Shown here: positions 23,903-37,231 of the stretch, one piece after another
Position numbering within the stretch: position 1 is the stretch's first letter
Layout of the letters: the number at the start of each line of letters is the position of its first letter
Assembly (NCBI GenBank): GCA_951406725.2
Contig: OX597818.1
Coordinates: forward strand, 70,804,001-70,868,000
DNA: 64,000 bases
Direction: 5' to 3'
From: Octopus vulgaris
Taxonomy: Eukaryota
The notes under the pieces: generated by a model
Database searches by the model: none
Told to the model about the DNA's origin: nothing
Seen by the model: the letters and a program-made list of their open reading frames with translations, nothing else
Made by a program: the position numbers and the translations under genes

Positions 23903-25720
23903 AATTATTGTATACAGTGCTCAGATGCACCACAACTTGGCAGAAAGTGCGTATAAAGCATATGCAGTAATGTACAAATGTCTGGAAAGCAAACAATGTA
24001 TGAGTCAGATACATGCTTGTGTGTGTATGGAGGGGACAAAATCAGGTGTAGTGTTGGCGAATCTCAGAAAGCATGGAAATTTTGAAGGATGCACTGCTCC
24101 GACAACTAACAACTGATGCCGACAGTTTGTTCCATGCTTCAGCAACTCTCAGTGTAAAAAAATGTTTCCAAAAGTCATGGGAGTTGTACTGTTTTCTGAC
24201 TTTGTAAATATGCCCACGGGTGTTAGACGGATGGAGTTTGAAAAGGTGCTCAGAGTTATTGCTTGTAAGATGGTTAATAATTTTATGGGTGTCTGCCAAG
24301 TCAGCTGCCAGACGTCTGAGTTTCAATGTGTCCATGCCCAGGGAAGTAAGGCGTTCAGAATATGGCAAATGCCTGATGGAGGGTATTCTTTTGGTTGCAC
24401 GTTGCTGAACGGCTTCCAGACGATTAATATCCTGGGCAAGATAGGGGTTCCAGACTGGTGATGCAAATTCCAGGTGAGGTCTTACCATAGCTATATAAAG
24501 CCGCAGATAGATAGCCAGAGAGCGGCTCATAAAGGACTTGGTGAGTGATGCCAAGACACCCTCAGCCTTCTTGGCAATTTTAGCGATGTGTTTTGTCCAA
24601 CGCAAATCACTGTTGACAATAACACCCAGGTCACATTCACATGAAGAATTTTTGAGACTAGTGTTGTGGAGGGAGTAGGTGGGCGCTGGGTTTCTCCTCC
24701 CAGAATGCATGGTGGCACATTTGTCTACAGCCCGCTTGAGTTGCCAGTCCATGATCCACTGCTGCATTGTGTCCAGGTCTGATTGCAATAGAGATCTATA
24801 GTGTACAGGATCTGACATCTTTATTTCGAGGTACAGCTTGATGTCCTCTGCATATTTCAGCACTGTGGCATTCTTTAAGTTGGCATCAATGTCATTAACA
24901 TATGCAACAAATAAAAGGGGGCCAAGAACAGATCCCTGTGGTACACCAGATGTCATATCATAGAGTGAAGAGTGCTGTCCTAGAACTGTGACAACCTCTT
25001 TTCGGCTGAAAATAAAGGACTTCAACCAGTTATAGAGATCATCTCTTACTCCCAACGCAGAGAGTTTCACCATAAGTCTTTTGTGTGGCACAGAGTTAAA
25101 AGCCTTAGCAAAGTTCAGGTAAACAACATCCACCCAGGATCCGCGATCAGTGATTTGGGTAATGTCCTCAAGAAACTCGATGAGTTGATTACAGCAGCTG
25201 GAGTTAGGAATAAATCCAAATTGTGACGGCTGGATGAGGCTGTGAGCCTGCCAGAAGTTCCAGAGGGTTTCCCTGGCACAGGATTCCATCAGTTTGGCGA
25301 TGCAGCTAATAAGACTAATGGGGCAATAGTTGACAGGCGAAGTGCGGTCACCTTTTTTGAACAGAGGGATAACACTGGCAGTTTTCCACTGCTCTGGAGT
25401 AACACCATTGTCAAGACAGAATTGGAAGAATAGAGAAAGTTGGCTTAGAAGAAAGTACCCACCACGTTTGAGAAGTAGGTATGTAACACCATCAAGATCA
25501 GGAGAGGCATAATTGCGTTTATTCTTAAGGTGGCGTTGCAGCATTGCTGGTGTAAATTGCATAGTAGATATAGAGTCCGGTGACAGTGGTGATGAAGATG
25601 GAACATTTTGGTCTTCGACAGTAAAGATGCCTGCATAGCATCCAGCAATGATTTCTGAACATTCTTTGGGATTGCCAGTAATCTGCCCTGTGTGGGGATT
25701 GCAAAGGGGATATCATTTCT
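23861..25720 (-). mobile_element. 5'-truncated CR1-clade LINE with (ATT)n tail
   Basis: Contains the 506-aa RT ORF, a ~140-nt 3'UTR and an (ATT)n tail at 23861-23899. Confidence 0.92.
24042..25562 (-). pseudogene. CR1-type reverse transcriptase ORF2 fragment (506 aa), catalytically defective
   Basis: RT motifs WKTASVIPLFKKGD..PVNYCPISL, QFGF, GVPQGSVLGPLLF, plus CR1 C-terminal RPHLEFASPVWNPY and TRGH..FFTLRV..WN. YADD reads YAED and DFAKAFD reads NFAKAFN. Confidence 0.9.
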
Positions 25721-25780
25721 CTCTCTCTCTCTCTTTTTCTCTCTACTGTATCAGCATTATTACTATTATTGTTGTTGTTA

Positions 25781-25833
<53 letters not shown>

Positions 25834-26040
25834 GTGGCCGTGAACTGGCATAATCGTTAGCATGCCAGGCAAAATGCTTAGTGGCATTTCAATTGCCTTT
25901 ATGTTCTGAGTTCAAATTCCACCGAGGTCAACTTTACCTTTCATCCTTTCAGGGTCAATAAATTAAGAACAAGTTGAGAACTGGGGTCGATATAATCAAT
26001 TTAACCCCTTCCCCCTAAATTCCAGGCCTAGAAAGGATTA
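25834..26040 (+). mobile_element. tRNA-derived SINE family C with Nin/Deu-like domain
   Basis: CTGGCATAATCGTTAGC...GAGTTCAAATTCC...CCTTTCATCCTTTCAGGGTCAATAAA, with an (ATT)n tail. Further copies listed below. Confidence 0.8.
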
Positions 26041-26090
26041 TTATTATTGTTATTATTACTATTATTATTATTATTATCATTATTATGATA

Positions 26091-26157
<67 letters not shown>

Positions 26158-26261
26158 TCCTCCTCTTCTTTTATTATTCTCCTCCTCTTCATCCCCATTT
26201 GTTACCCCCACCACTACCCCTTAATCTCTATTTACTGCAATCACCAGTTATTTAGATATCT

Positions 26262-26669
26262 TTCATTTTTGACTCATTTCACTCAGTCAACTGCGGCCAT
26301 ACTGGAGCACCACCTTCAAGACATTTTGTTGAATGAATCAATCCCAGAACTTATTTTCTGTTTTTAAGCCTGGTACTTGTTCTATTGATTTCTTTTGCTC
26401 AACTGCTAAGTCATGGGGATGTAAAACACACCAACACCAGTGGTCAAGTGGTGGTGGACAAACACAAACACATGCACACACACACATATGCATGCACACA
26501 CACACATATGCATGCACACATGCATACACACACATGCATATACACAATAGGCTTTTTTCAGTTTCTGTCCACCAAATCCACTCCCAATGCTTTGGTCAGT
26601 TCAAGGGTAGAAAACACTTTCCGAAAGTGCCATGCTGTGGGACTGAACCTGGGACCGCGAGTTTGGGAA

Positions 26670-26672
<3 letters not shown>
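26262..26672 (-). mobile_element. tRNA-derived SINE family B
   Basis: Colinear with 43345-43792 (CTGCGGCCAT.CTGGAGCACC; GGGGATGTAAA; TTCAGTTTCTGTC; GTGGGACTGAACC). Confidence 0.85.
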
Positions 26673-26700
<28 letters not shown>

Positions 26701-26807
26701 CATGCACCCACATGTATATATGTGTGTGTGTGTATATATGGGTATGCACAAACACATGTACACACACACACACACATATACATGTATCTAAGTCCATGCA
26801 CATGTGC

Positions 26808-26843
<36 letters not shown>

Positions 26844-29635
26844 TTACTTCATGTAGAATAAATTCATGAATTACTGTAAATTAATGTGGTAATTTACATT
26901 TTTTTTTGCTGAAAATTGCTGACATCCACTCAAATAACAGCAGGAAACTGGATCTATTGTGTGTGAGAGAGAAAGAGGGGGAGAGAGAGGGGGAGATAGA
27001 GAAAGAGATATCAAGAAGTTTGCATTGTGATCACGAGGTTCGAGATTTAATCTCAGTTTGCAGTACCTTGAGCAAGTTTCTTCTTCTATAACATCACTTT
27101 GGCCTTAACATTATAAATGATGAAATTGGATAGAAATTGCATGGCAGTCCATTGGATTCCATTAAGAGTACAAGTGTCGGTGGAATCCTTCCCCAACTCC
27201 CAACCCTATGCCACTCAATGAGTAGGTAGTTCCGTTGATTGAACAACTGGAGCACACGTTCGTCAAAATCAATGAGAGAACCTATCATATATGTCATATC
27301 ATATACATACATATATGTGTATATATATATATATATATATACATACATACATATATGTGTATATATATATATATATACATACATATATGCATATATATAT
27401 ATACACACTCACACATATATGTATACATATATTATATATAATATATATATACATATATATTATGCTCATATATAGTGGAATGTCTATGTATATACATGCC
27501 TCCATACATACATATGTGCATATATATTAAATTGTACATTTTTCCCTGCAAGTATGTATTGAGCACTTGAATGTTTTTCAAATGTGAAAGCATTAAAATA
27601 ATCTCCCCCATCTCAGCCACTACCACATGTATTACTCTTACACACACACACACAGACACAGACACACACACACGTATTAACGTTACAGACGCCCATTACA
27701 CCTTCCCTCCCACCCTCATCCTATACACCTCCACCTCTCTCTCTCAGACTTTCTCAGCTCCATACTTTATGCCAGACTTTATATTTCTTCTTTCTTATAA
27801 CTCTTACTTAACATAATCATAGATTTTGACTAATTTCTTCTCAGCCTACATCCAATCCAAGTGGTGGGCGTGAGTGGGCGTAGATAAGTGTGTGTGTATG
27901 TGTGTATGTGCATGCATAAACTGATTGTGTGAGGTTGTATTAACGTATGCAATTCAAAGTGTGTGCATGCATTTAAGTTTGAGTCTTCCTTATCTCTGCA
28001 GTTTTGTCAGTATGTATTCTGAGATGCATGTGCAAATTTGCATCGTATGCTGACGCAGTGGGGAGGTGGAGAGGTGGGTTCTTGTGTTCGTGGGTACAAT
28101 TCAGTGCAGTAACCGGCATATGAAGGCAGGAAAGTGTGTGGGGATGTTCCATCTCTTTCATATGAAGGATGTGAATGCATGTAGCCATACGCATTCGTAT
28201 ATATATATATATACACACACATATACATATAATACACGCACATATACACACACATACCTATATATGTATGTGTGTGTGTGTGTATGTAATATATGTATGT
28301 ATGTGCATGTGTGCACACCTGTATTTACCAATTTCCTGTGCCTGACTCTGTGTGTGTGAGTGTATGTGTATGTGTGTGTGCGTGTGTGTGCAATTTAGTC
28401 TCCAGAGTTAGTTAAGAGATAGTTAAGATAACAGTAGAATATAATAAACAAAAAAGAACAAACAAAAAGATTTAAAAGATAAACGTTGTTGAAGATGTTA
28501 TCATCATCATCATCATAATTAATGTTATTTGGAATTATTATCATTATTATTATTAATTAGAGAAACCATTGTTGTTATTGATATTATTATTTATTTATCA
28601 TCATCATCATCATCATCATGTTCATTGTTATTGTTATTATTGTTGTTGATATCAGTTCTTTGTCTGATAATATAAATAGTCATAATTGCATAATTCTATG
28701 TGTTGGAAGCAACCATTTTTGTTGTTGTTGTTGTTGTTATCCAACTTGCTACGTTTATTGTTGTTTTTCTATCATTCACTATTTTAAACATTTCAATTTG
28801 TGTGAAAATGTGTGTATGTGTGAATATATGTATGTGTGTGTATGTGTACAGGCATGTGTGTGTGTGAAGAAAATATCATGAGACTCAATACCATCTATAC
28901 ATGTATCAATACAGAAAGTATTGATTATATTAAAAGTGTATTGGCAATTCCCCCAAAGAATATTGAAAGTCTTTGTGCATGTGTGTGTGTGTGTGTGTGT
29001 TTGTACGAAGACAGATAGTTTATGAATACATACATCGAATATATGTATTTAAGTATGTGTGTGTGTGTGTGTGTGTGCGTGGTGTGTGCGGTGTGTGTGT
29101 GCATATAAAAGGAATATCATGCTGATCGTCCTTTAACAGCCAAGTTCCATGCTGCCCTGAGTTGGATGGTTTTGACAAGATCTGATGAGTAGGGAAACTG
29201 CATCCTGTTCCGCTCTCTTCTTTGGTGTGTGAGTCTACAACTGGATGCCCTTCCTAATGCCAGCATCTTCACAAAGGTTCTAGGGTGCTTTTAGGGGCAC
29301 CATCACTAGTGATGGTCACTTCATAATTTACTCAGCTAAAAGTGTAAAGTGGATCCTGTATATGAAGGCAACTGAAAGAGAGAAGGTGAGGGGATGAAAG
29401 AGGGTAGGTAGGAGGAGAGGAATGGATTTGTGGTATAAAGTGGGGGAGAGGGAGTGACACGTTTTGCTCAAGGACTCAACATAACAACCAGTCCAGGAAT
29501 TGAAACCTTGCCATCATGAAACGTTGCATCCTAACCACAAGGCAACCCACCATCATATAGATAGAGAGAGAGAGGGAGGAGGGGGGAGAGAGAGATAAAC
29601 AGACAGACAGATATACAAATATATTTGTGTATAAG

Positions 29636-29830
29636 CATCATCATTATTTAGCATCTGTTTTCCATGCTGGCATGTTTTGACGGTTTGACAGGAACTGGCC
29701 AACTGAAGGGCTGCCTGGGCTCTCCTATTCACTGTTCTGGCATATTTTCTATGGCTGGATTCACTTCCTAATGCCAGTCCCTTTACAATGTGTACTGGGT
29801 GCTTTTTACATCGCACCAGTATCTGTGAAC
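29636..29830 (-). mobile_element. RTE 3'UTR copy (diverged)
   Basis: CATCATCATTATTTAGCATCTGTTTTCCATGCTGGCATG...CTTCCTAATGCC...GGGTGCTTTTTACAT. Confidence 0.7.
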
Positions 29831-29998
29831 CTGCAAAACAAGGATTTCTCAGCCGAGAGAGGGACATGCCTATCTGTATGGATGGCCATGATTTTACTAA
29901 TCTCCTAAGGCAGAGCAAATCACCAGAAATCTTAGTCCCTTGTCATCTCCACAATAAGGCCCAACGTCTGAAGACCCTTATACATGTGTGTATGTATG

Positions 29999-31080
29999 CC
30001 ATCATCGTTTAACATCTGTTTTCCATGCTGGCATGGGTTGGATGGTTCGACTGGGGTCTGGGAAGCCAGGAGGCTGCACCAGGCTCCAATCTGATCTGGC
30101 AGTGTTTTTACAGCTGTATGCCCTTCCCAGTGCCAACCACTTCAAGAGAGTAGTAGGTGCTTTTTACGTGCCACCAGCACAGGGGCCAGGGGAGCTGGCA
30201 TTGGCCACGATCGGATAGTGCTATTTATGTGTCACCGGTACAGAAGCCAGTCAAGGCGGCACTGGCATCGGCCACATTTGGATGGTGCTTGTTACTTTCC
30301 ACTGGCACAGGGGTTACAACTACAATTTCCATTTGATTGTAATTTGATTTTGATGTTGATGTACTTGACTCAATAGGTCTCCCCAAGCATGGCATGTTGC
30401 CCTACAATCCAAGGTACTTTTGAGTGGGCTGGTTATGTGACACTGGTGTGGTTATAGCTGTGAACTCACTTTATTTGCCAGGTCTTCTCAGTCACAGCAT
30501 ACCTCCAGAGGTCTTGGTCTTTTGTCATTGCCTCTGTGAGACCCAACGTTTGAAGGTCATGCTTCACCACCTTATCCCATGTCTTCCTGGGTCTCCCTCT
30601 ATCCCAGATTCCTTCCACTGTTTGGGAGTGGCACTTTTTCACACATCTCTCCTCATCCATTCGCAGTACATGACCATATCAATGCAAACGTCTCTCTTGC
30701 ATGCCACATCCGATGCTTCTTATGTCCAACATTTCTCTCAGGGCACACTGACATTACACATCCAGTGGATCATGCTCGATTCATTTCTTTTGATGCATAT
30801 CTTCAGCAGTCACAGCCCATGTTTCACTGCCATGAAGTATGGCAGTTCGTACACATGCCCCATACAGTCTACCTTTCACTCTGAGCTAGAGGCTTTTTGT
30901 TACCAGCAGAGGTAAGAGCTGTCTGAACTTTGCCCATGCAATTCTTATTCTAGTGGTAATACTCTCTGAGCATCCACCCTCCACTGCTGACTTGGTCCCC
31001 TAGTTAGCAAAAACTATCAACTACTTCTATTTCCCCACCCCCCTGGCATGTGATGGAATCTATATTCTGATCATCTGTGG
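29999..31080 (-). mobile_element. 5'-truncated RTE-clade LINE, same group as 7814-8800
   Basis: EIEVVDSFC, then MDEERCVKKCHSQTVEGIWDRGRPRKTWDKVVKHDLQTLGLTEAMTKDQDLWR. The 3'UTR carries three hairpin repeats and a (GAT)n tail. Confidence 0.88.
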
Positions 31081-31129
31081 TGTTCATTGTATGTATGTAT
31101 GTATGTATGTATGTATGAATGAATGAATG

Positions 31130-31285
31130 AATGACAACCAGTGTTGGTGTATTTATGTCCCTGTTACCCAGCGGTTTGGCAAAGGAGACCAATAGGATAA
31201 GCACAAGACTTGATTCAGCCTGTCATGGCAGTGCCCCAGTATGGTCGCGGTCTAATGACTGAAACAAGTGGAAGTGTAAAAAGAA
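31130..31285 (+). mobile_element. SINE family B, 3' half
   Basis: GACAACCAGTGTTGGTGTATTTATGTCCC...GGTTTGGCAAA...CCCCAGTATGGTCGCGGTC...GACTGAAACAAGT. Confidence 0.7.
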
Positions 31286-31504
31286 TATATATAATGTATG
31301 TATGTATGTGTGTGTGTATTTAATCTGTATATCTGTATGTGTGTGTATTTATTTAAGGAGTCCATATTTCTATAATCTGTATGCGTGTGTCTATTTTACA
31401 CACACTCAAGACAAAAAAAAATCTAGAAATAAATATATTCAGTAAAATATTTCATAATTGCATTATTGTTTTCATGAATGTATGTATATATGTGTGTGTA
31501 TGTA

Positions 31505-32056
31505 TCAGGTCACTTTCAAGTGCTACTGGTAACATGTAACCCAGTACAACCTGTTGCATGGTCGGGTCGTCGTCGACTAAACCGGCAACCCCACCAAGCT
31601 TGCTTAGTGAGGAGGGTGATTATTGCACACCCTGCGGGGTGAAAAACAAAACCCGTCAAAGGGCGGAAGAACTCTTGAGTGTCAATGGCCATCCAATAAA
31701 TGTCTTAAGAATGTATCATGCGTGGGGACATAGAAATAATCGGACTGAATACCTGATCGTGCGGTTAAACCATTGGGAGTGAAGGACTCGTAGCCTCTGT
31801 TAGGGCATCCTTCTAGGAGAAGGTAACTCAGGTAACTGGGATAACTCCAACATAAAACCTGCGGCTCAGTGGTTACCGATGATGTTGACTTGTTCTTCTT
31901 TTCGGATTATGGCTGCTGTTGCTTAGTGAGTGGGATTGACTCAGTGCACAGCCTTTCCTCACTTAAAAAAAGATCTTCTTGCACAGGCATTGTACGATAA
32001 CAACATTAATTAAGCTTCATGCAATGGCCATACTCGATAATGAGGCAGCAGCACCA
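31505..32056 (+). mobile_element. Bipartite non-autonomous RTE retroposon (5'UTR plus 3' end)
   Basis: Contains the RTE 5'UTR-like motif GGGCATCCTTCTAGGAGAAGGTAACTC. Its 3' end TGCAATGGCCATACTCGATAATGAGG is identical to the 3' end of the RTE at 44245-45190. Followed by (TGTA)n. Confidence 0.75.
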
Positions 32057-32234
32057 TGCATGTATGTATGTATGTATGTATGTATGTATGTATGTGTGTG
32101 TGTGTGTGTGTGTATTGTTTGTAGAAAACATCAATCTGGAGAAGCACACTCTAAGATGTAGAGCAGTATATATTAAAAATGGGGAAGGCTGGTTTATGGA
32201 ATTACCCTGGGTTTCCTGCATATAAAGGGTTTAG

Positions 32235-32268
<34 letters not shown>

Positions 32269-32387
32269 TTAAAGTGTGTTCTCTTAGGAACGTATTAGAG
32301 TACAAAATAGTGTTTGTTCACGCTTAGAATTACCAAACAGCCAGTAGTGTTCAAAGTCTAGGCTTTGGTATTCCTTGTGTGTGAAAA

Positions 32388-32682
32388 ATAAAAATTGAAG
32401 AAATAGAACCAACAGGAAAGAGTACAGTTCGACAGCTGTTTAATAAACACCACATGTTTTGATACAACATAGATGCACACATACACAGGATTTCAATAGC
32501 ACATCCATCTTGGATTATATATTACTTGAGGGGATACAACTGGATCCCAGTATGCAGGTAAACCATTGCTTAATTTATATCCTGTGTATATGTGGATCTA
32601 TGTTGTATTGGAACATATTTAATGCTTATTAAATAGCTGTCTAACCGTACTCCTTCTTGTTGACTATATTTATTCAATTTTT
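32388..32682. repeat. Diverged inverted repeat (~100-bp arms), Penelope-like fold-back
   Basis: AAAAATTGAA...GAGTACAGTTCGACAGCTGTTTAATAA...ATACAACATAGAT..ACATACACAGGAT pairs with ATCCTGTGTATATG..ATCTATGTTGTAT...TTATTAAATAGCTGTC...GTACTC...TTCAATTTTT. Confidence 0.7.
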
Positions 32683-33149
32683 ATACACACACACACACAT
32701 ATATAGTGATAGAGTACTAGGGTCTGAAAAGACTTTCGTATAGGAAGTTCGTAAGCATCGAGCACGTACGCATCTGGTAGAGATGACAAAAAGTTGATAA
32801 TAAACGACCAACAAAGTTTAACTGGTGCCTGTTACACACCTTATCCCATATTGAAATAGGTGACAATTTCAGTATGATGACCACCACTAAACAACTCAGA
32901 GTTTAGCAACAAAAATTGTTAAATATACAAAAATAAATCCGGAGTAAATCAAGACTTCATTTGTTTCCGAGTTAAACTAACATTTCTTGCATAACTCATA
33001 ACACTTAAAGATAGCATTTGGCTTTCCATGTGGTAATGATGCAAACAAGCACAGGTAATCAGACCTGAAGGAAAGCTAAATCGTATATTTATGTGTCATG
33101 AGTTACATAAGAGTTAAGTTTATCTTGGAAACATATATAGTCTTGGTTT

Positions 33150-33635
33150 ACCTACAAATTTGCATCCAAAAATTTCATGCCAGAAGCTCCAACATGATCG
33201 TGTACTAAGAGTGATCAAAATCAAACATCCAGTCAACATGGTGGTGTTTGGAGTGATTACTAGTGATGGTGACCTTTCATCTTCCCACACAACCTCAGAC
33301 TCAACACAGAGGTCTACATCAAGTGCTTGGAGGAAGTAGTGCTGCCCTGGGTCAAGAGGGTGGCTGCTGGAAGACCATACATCTAGCAACAGGATTCTGC
33401 ACCATGCCACACAAGCAGGAGACAATTTCTGGGACCACATCACCCCTACCATCTGGCCACCTAACTCCCCAGACTGCATTCCCCTTGATTATTATGTGTG
33501 GGGTGCAGTTGAGCAAGAGACCAACAAAACTCCTTGTAACACAAAAGATGAACCGAAGGCAAAGATTATGGCAGCATTCACCAACTTAAACAAGCAGACC
33601 ATCCAGAAGAGTTGCAGACGATTCTGAAGTCATCT
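33150..33635 (+). mobile_element. Tc1/mariner DD37D (maT/Bmmar1-like) transposase fragment
   Basis: KHPVNMVVFGVITSDG...YIKCLEEVVLPWVKRVAAGRPYI*QQDSAPCHTS...WPPNSPDCIPLDYYVWGAVE. A second copy lies at 62695-62945. Confidence 0.85.
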
Positions 33636-34609
33636 GGATCTTTCTCACTTTTCCGAGTGTCAAACTAATACACCTGCTGGTTGTTCATACACCTGTCTTC
33701 GTCTTTTGTTTTTCTGTAAATTTCAACTATTTATATAGAAGTTATAAGAGGTAATGGTGTCAATAAGACCCAAAGGTGTCAGGTAATGCTGAGTAAGTGC
33801 TATGAATGATAGACCATAGTTAAGCTCCAGGTTCAGTGATTATACAAATAAGGAGACCGACGTAGGTCATATATCAGTGTGTGTATATATAAAAAATTTT
33901 TTTGAAATGAGATAAAAAAAAAACAAGGCTGTAAGACCCTCTATTTATAAATGTTCTAAAATCTTCACAGCCTTGTGTATGTGTATATACACATACACAC
34001 ACATACATACACTTATATATGTGTGTGGGGGTGTATGTGTGTATATATGCATGCATACACTTATAGATATATACTCATAAAGGCACACACAGTAAACAAA
34101 ATCCAAATTAAAAGGTTTTTCCCAGTAAAAGAAGTCACTGCTCAGATCTTCGGTAATTATGCTTGTGGTAAGATTTATTTGAATTTATTTTCTGAGGATA
34201 TGTTTTGAGAGAGAAATCCATTAATGTAGCATTTGGTGCAGTGGCACACATGGAAATTAGATTTTCTCACAGAAAAATCAAGCTTTAAACTCTCTACTAA
34301 GATTCTTAACCATTTTGAATCAGAGCATTCATTCTCTGTCAAGAATTATTAACATTTATTTCAATTCATATTCTCTTTATTTGCTTAATCACACTTCTCC
34401 ATTTTACCTTTGCATTTTGTTTTTGCTTTTTATATATTATTTTATTTATTTATATTTTTATTTCTTCTATATTCATTGTATTTTTTTCAATTTAAATTAA
34501 TTTATTTGCATCACATAACTTAAATAGGATATTCTTTTTATAAACTCTTTCCTTGTTCTTATTCTTTGATTATTTATCTCTATTATTCATTCTCTCTCTC
34601 TCTCTCTCA

Positions 34610-34652
<43 letters not shown>

Positions 34653-34765
34653 TATTAGAGAGTTAACCACTATGTGGATAACTCTAGTGCTAAAAATAGC
34701 TCCGAAGCAACCACAGAAGATCTGTTTCCAACTAGAATCAACATACATTTAACGGAAGGAAAGTG

Positions 34766-35222
<457 letters not shown>

Positions 35223-35227
35223 GTGAA

Positions 35228-35565
35228 GGCGCATGGCTCAGTGGTTAGAGCGTCGAGCTTACGATCGTGAGGTTGTGAGCTCGAATCCCGGACCGGGCTG
35301 CGTGTTGTGTTCTTGAGCAAGACACTTTATTTCACGTTGCTCCAGTTCACTCAGCTGTAGAAATGAGTTGCGACGTCACAGGTGCCAAGCTGTATCGACC
35401 TTTGTCTTTCCCTTGGATAACACTGGTGGCGTGGAGAGGGAGGCCGGTATGCATGGGCGACTACTGGTCTTCCATAAAACAACCTTGCCCAGACTTGTGC
35501 CTCAGAGGGTAACTCTCTAGGTGCAAACCCATGGTCACTCATGACCGAAGGGGGTCTTTACCCTT
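35228..35565 (+). mobile_element. tRNA-derived SINE family A (CpG-rich, probably young copy)
   Basis: GGCGCATGGCTCAGTGGTTAGAGCG...CTCGAATCCCGG; colinear with 960-1290; inserted in (TA)n. Confidence 0.92.
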
Positions 35566-35585
35566 TATATATATATATATATATG

Positions 35586-35623
<38 letters not shown>

Positions 35624-35953
35624 CATATACATATATGTATATATATATGTATGTATATATGTATATGCATGTCTATATATATACACACACACACGCACAC
35701 TTACACCACAGACAGAAAGAGAAAAAGTAAACCTGAATGAAATACGGTTTTTCCCTTTTCCTTCAACTTCTTCTTTTCTAACTTTCAATGATTATTTCCT
35801 CTTCCCTTCCCACCACTTCTTTCTTCTCTCTATTCTTTCTATTATTCTGCTTCCTTCCTCTTCTTCCATTAATATCTTCCTTTCGTTCTTTCTTTCTCGT
35901 TATTTCCACATTATTGCACATCTTTGCTTTCTCTTTTATTCATCTTTATTTAA

Positions 35954-35984
<31 letters not shown>

Positions 35985-36339
35985 ATCTTTTTATTTTTCA
36001 CTTACTCCTTCATCTCCTTCTGTCTTTTCATTCTCTTATTTCTTCCTTCCTCGTTATTCAGCTTTTTATTTTGTCTTTCTTTTGTTTTGCTTTTTCCGCT
36101 TTTCATTGTTTTCTTCTTTGTAAAATCTCATTCTCTCTTCTCTTCTCCATCATTCCTTCCTTTCTTTATGCTTCTCTCTCTTTCTTTCATTTTTCCCTCC
36201 CCCTCTCTCCTTCCCCCTCTACACCTTTCATTTCATTCATTTTTCTTTTCATTTATTTTTGATACCTAATTGCTAAAACTTCTCCAACCAACAATCTGCA
36301 AATAAAGATGGTAAAAAAGAGTTCAAAAGATAGTTTCAA

Positions 36340-36350
36340 ATAACAACAAC

Positions 36351-36388
<38 letters not shown>

Positions 36389-36393
36389 TGATG

Positions 36394-36451
<58 letters not shown>

Positions 36452-36462
36452 CAATGATGATG

Positions 36463-36514
<52 letters not shown>

Positions 36515-36573
36515 TGATAATAATAACAATAATAAAAATAATAAAAATAATAATAATAATAATAACAATGATG

Positions 36574-36607
<34 letters not shown>

Positions 36608-36675
36608 TGATAATAACAATTATAGTAATAATAATGTTGATGATGATGATAATAACAATAATAATAATGATAATA
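36340..36675. repeat. (AAT)n compound microsatellite
   Basis: Directly visible. Confidence 0.95.
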
Positions 36676-36727
36676 CCAAAAGAATATTTTTTTAAATCAA
36701 CAGGGAAAAACTAAAATGTCTTGTTAC

Positions 36728-36851
36728 CTTTGTTGTTGTTGTTACGTTGCTGGAGTCTGTTTTAATAGCCATTATCATATACCACTGTAAAATAATACAA
36801 TGATCTGTCTCCCACCAGCCCTCTGATATATTTTGTATCCCTGTGAGGTGT
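36728..36851 (-). other. Candidate 124-nt exon
   Basis: Acceptor ttcttgggtttatgatttCAG and donor AAG|GTAACA. One frame is open (HLTGIQNISEGWWETDHCIILQWYMIMAIKTDSSNVTTTTK). Non-repetitive sequence; no homolog recognised. Confidence 0.3.
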
Positions 36852-37175
36852 CTGAAATCATAAACCCAAGAATTACGTAAAACCAGGAATTAAAACTTTA
36901 AAAATCTGTTCAAAATATAAGAAACAAATGGGATTTTCAAAGCAAACTTCACAAACACAACCAAATAAAAAAAATAAAGTAGCTACTCCATGAGTTTTTA
37001 ACCTTTGTCAGCAATCAGTCTCTCTCTCTCTTTCTCTCTTTTCCCCCACCCCGAGATTTTTCAATGTTGCATTTTCACTTTCACACATAAAACACTGATT
37101 ATTTGTCAGTCTATTGTGATGGACAAAAACTTGTTAAGAGTTTCCATATTGCTATTGTTGTCATCATCATCATCA

Positions 37176-37231
<56 letters not shown>

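Noticed and set aside
35541-36269. 242-aa hydrophobic F/L/S-rich ORF
   Set aside because: It arises from a (TA)n plus polypyrimidine low-complexity tract.
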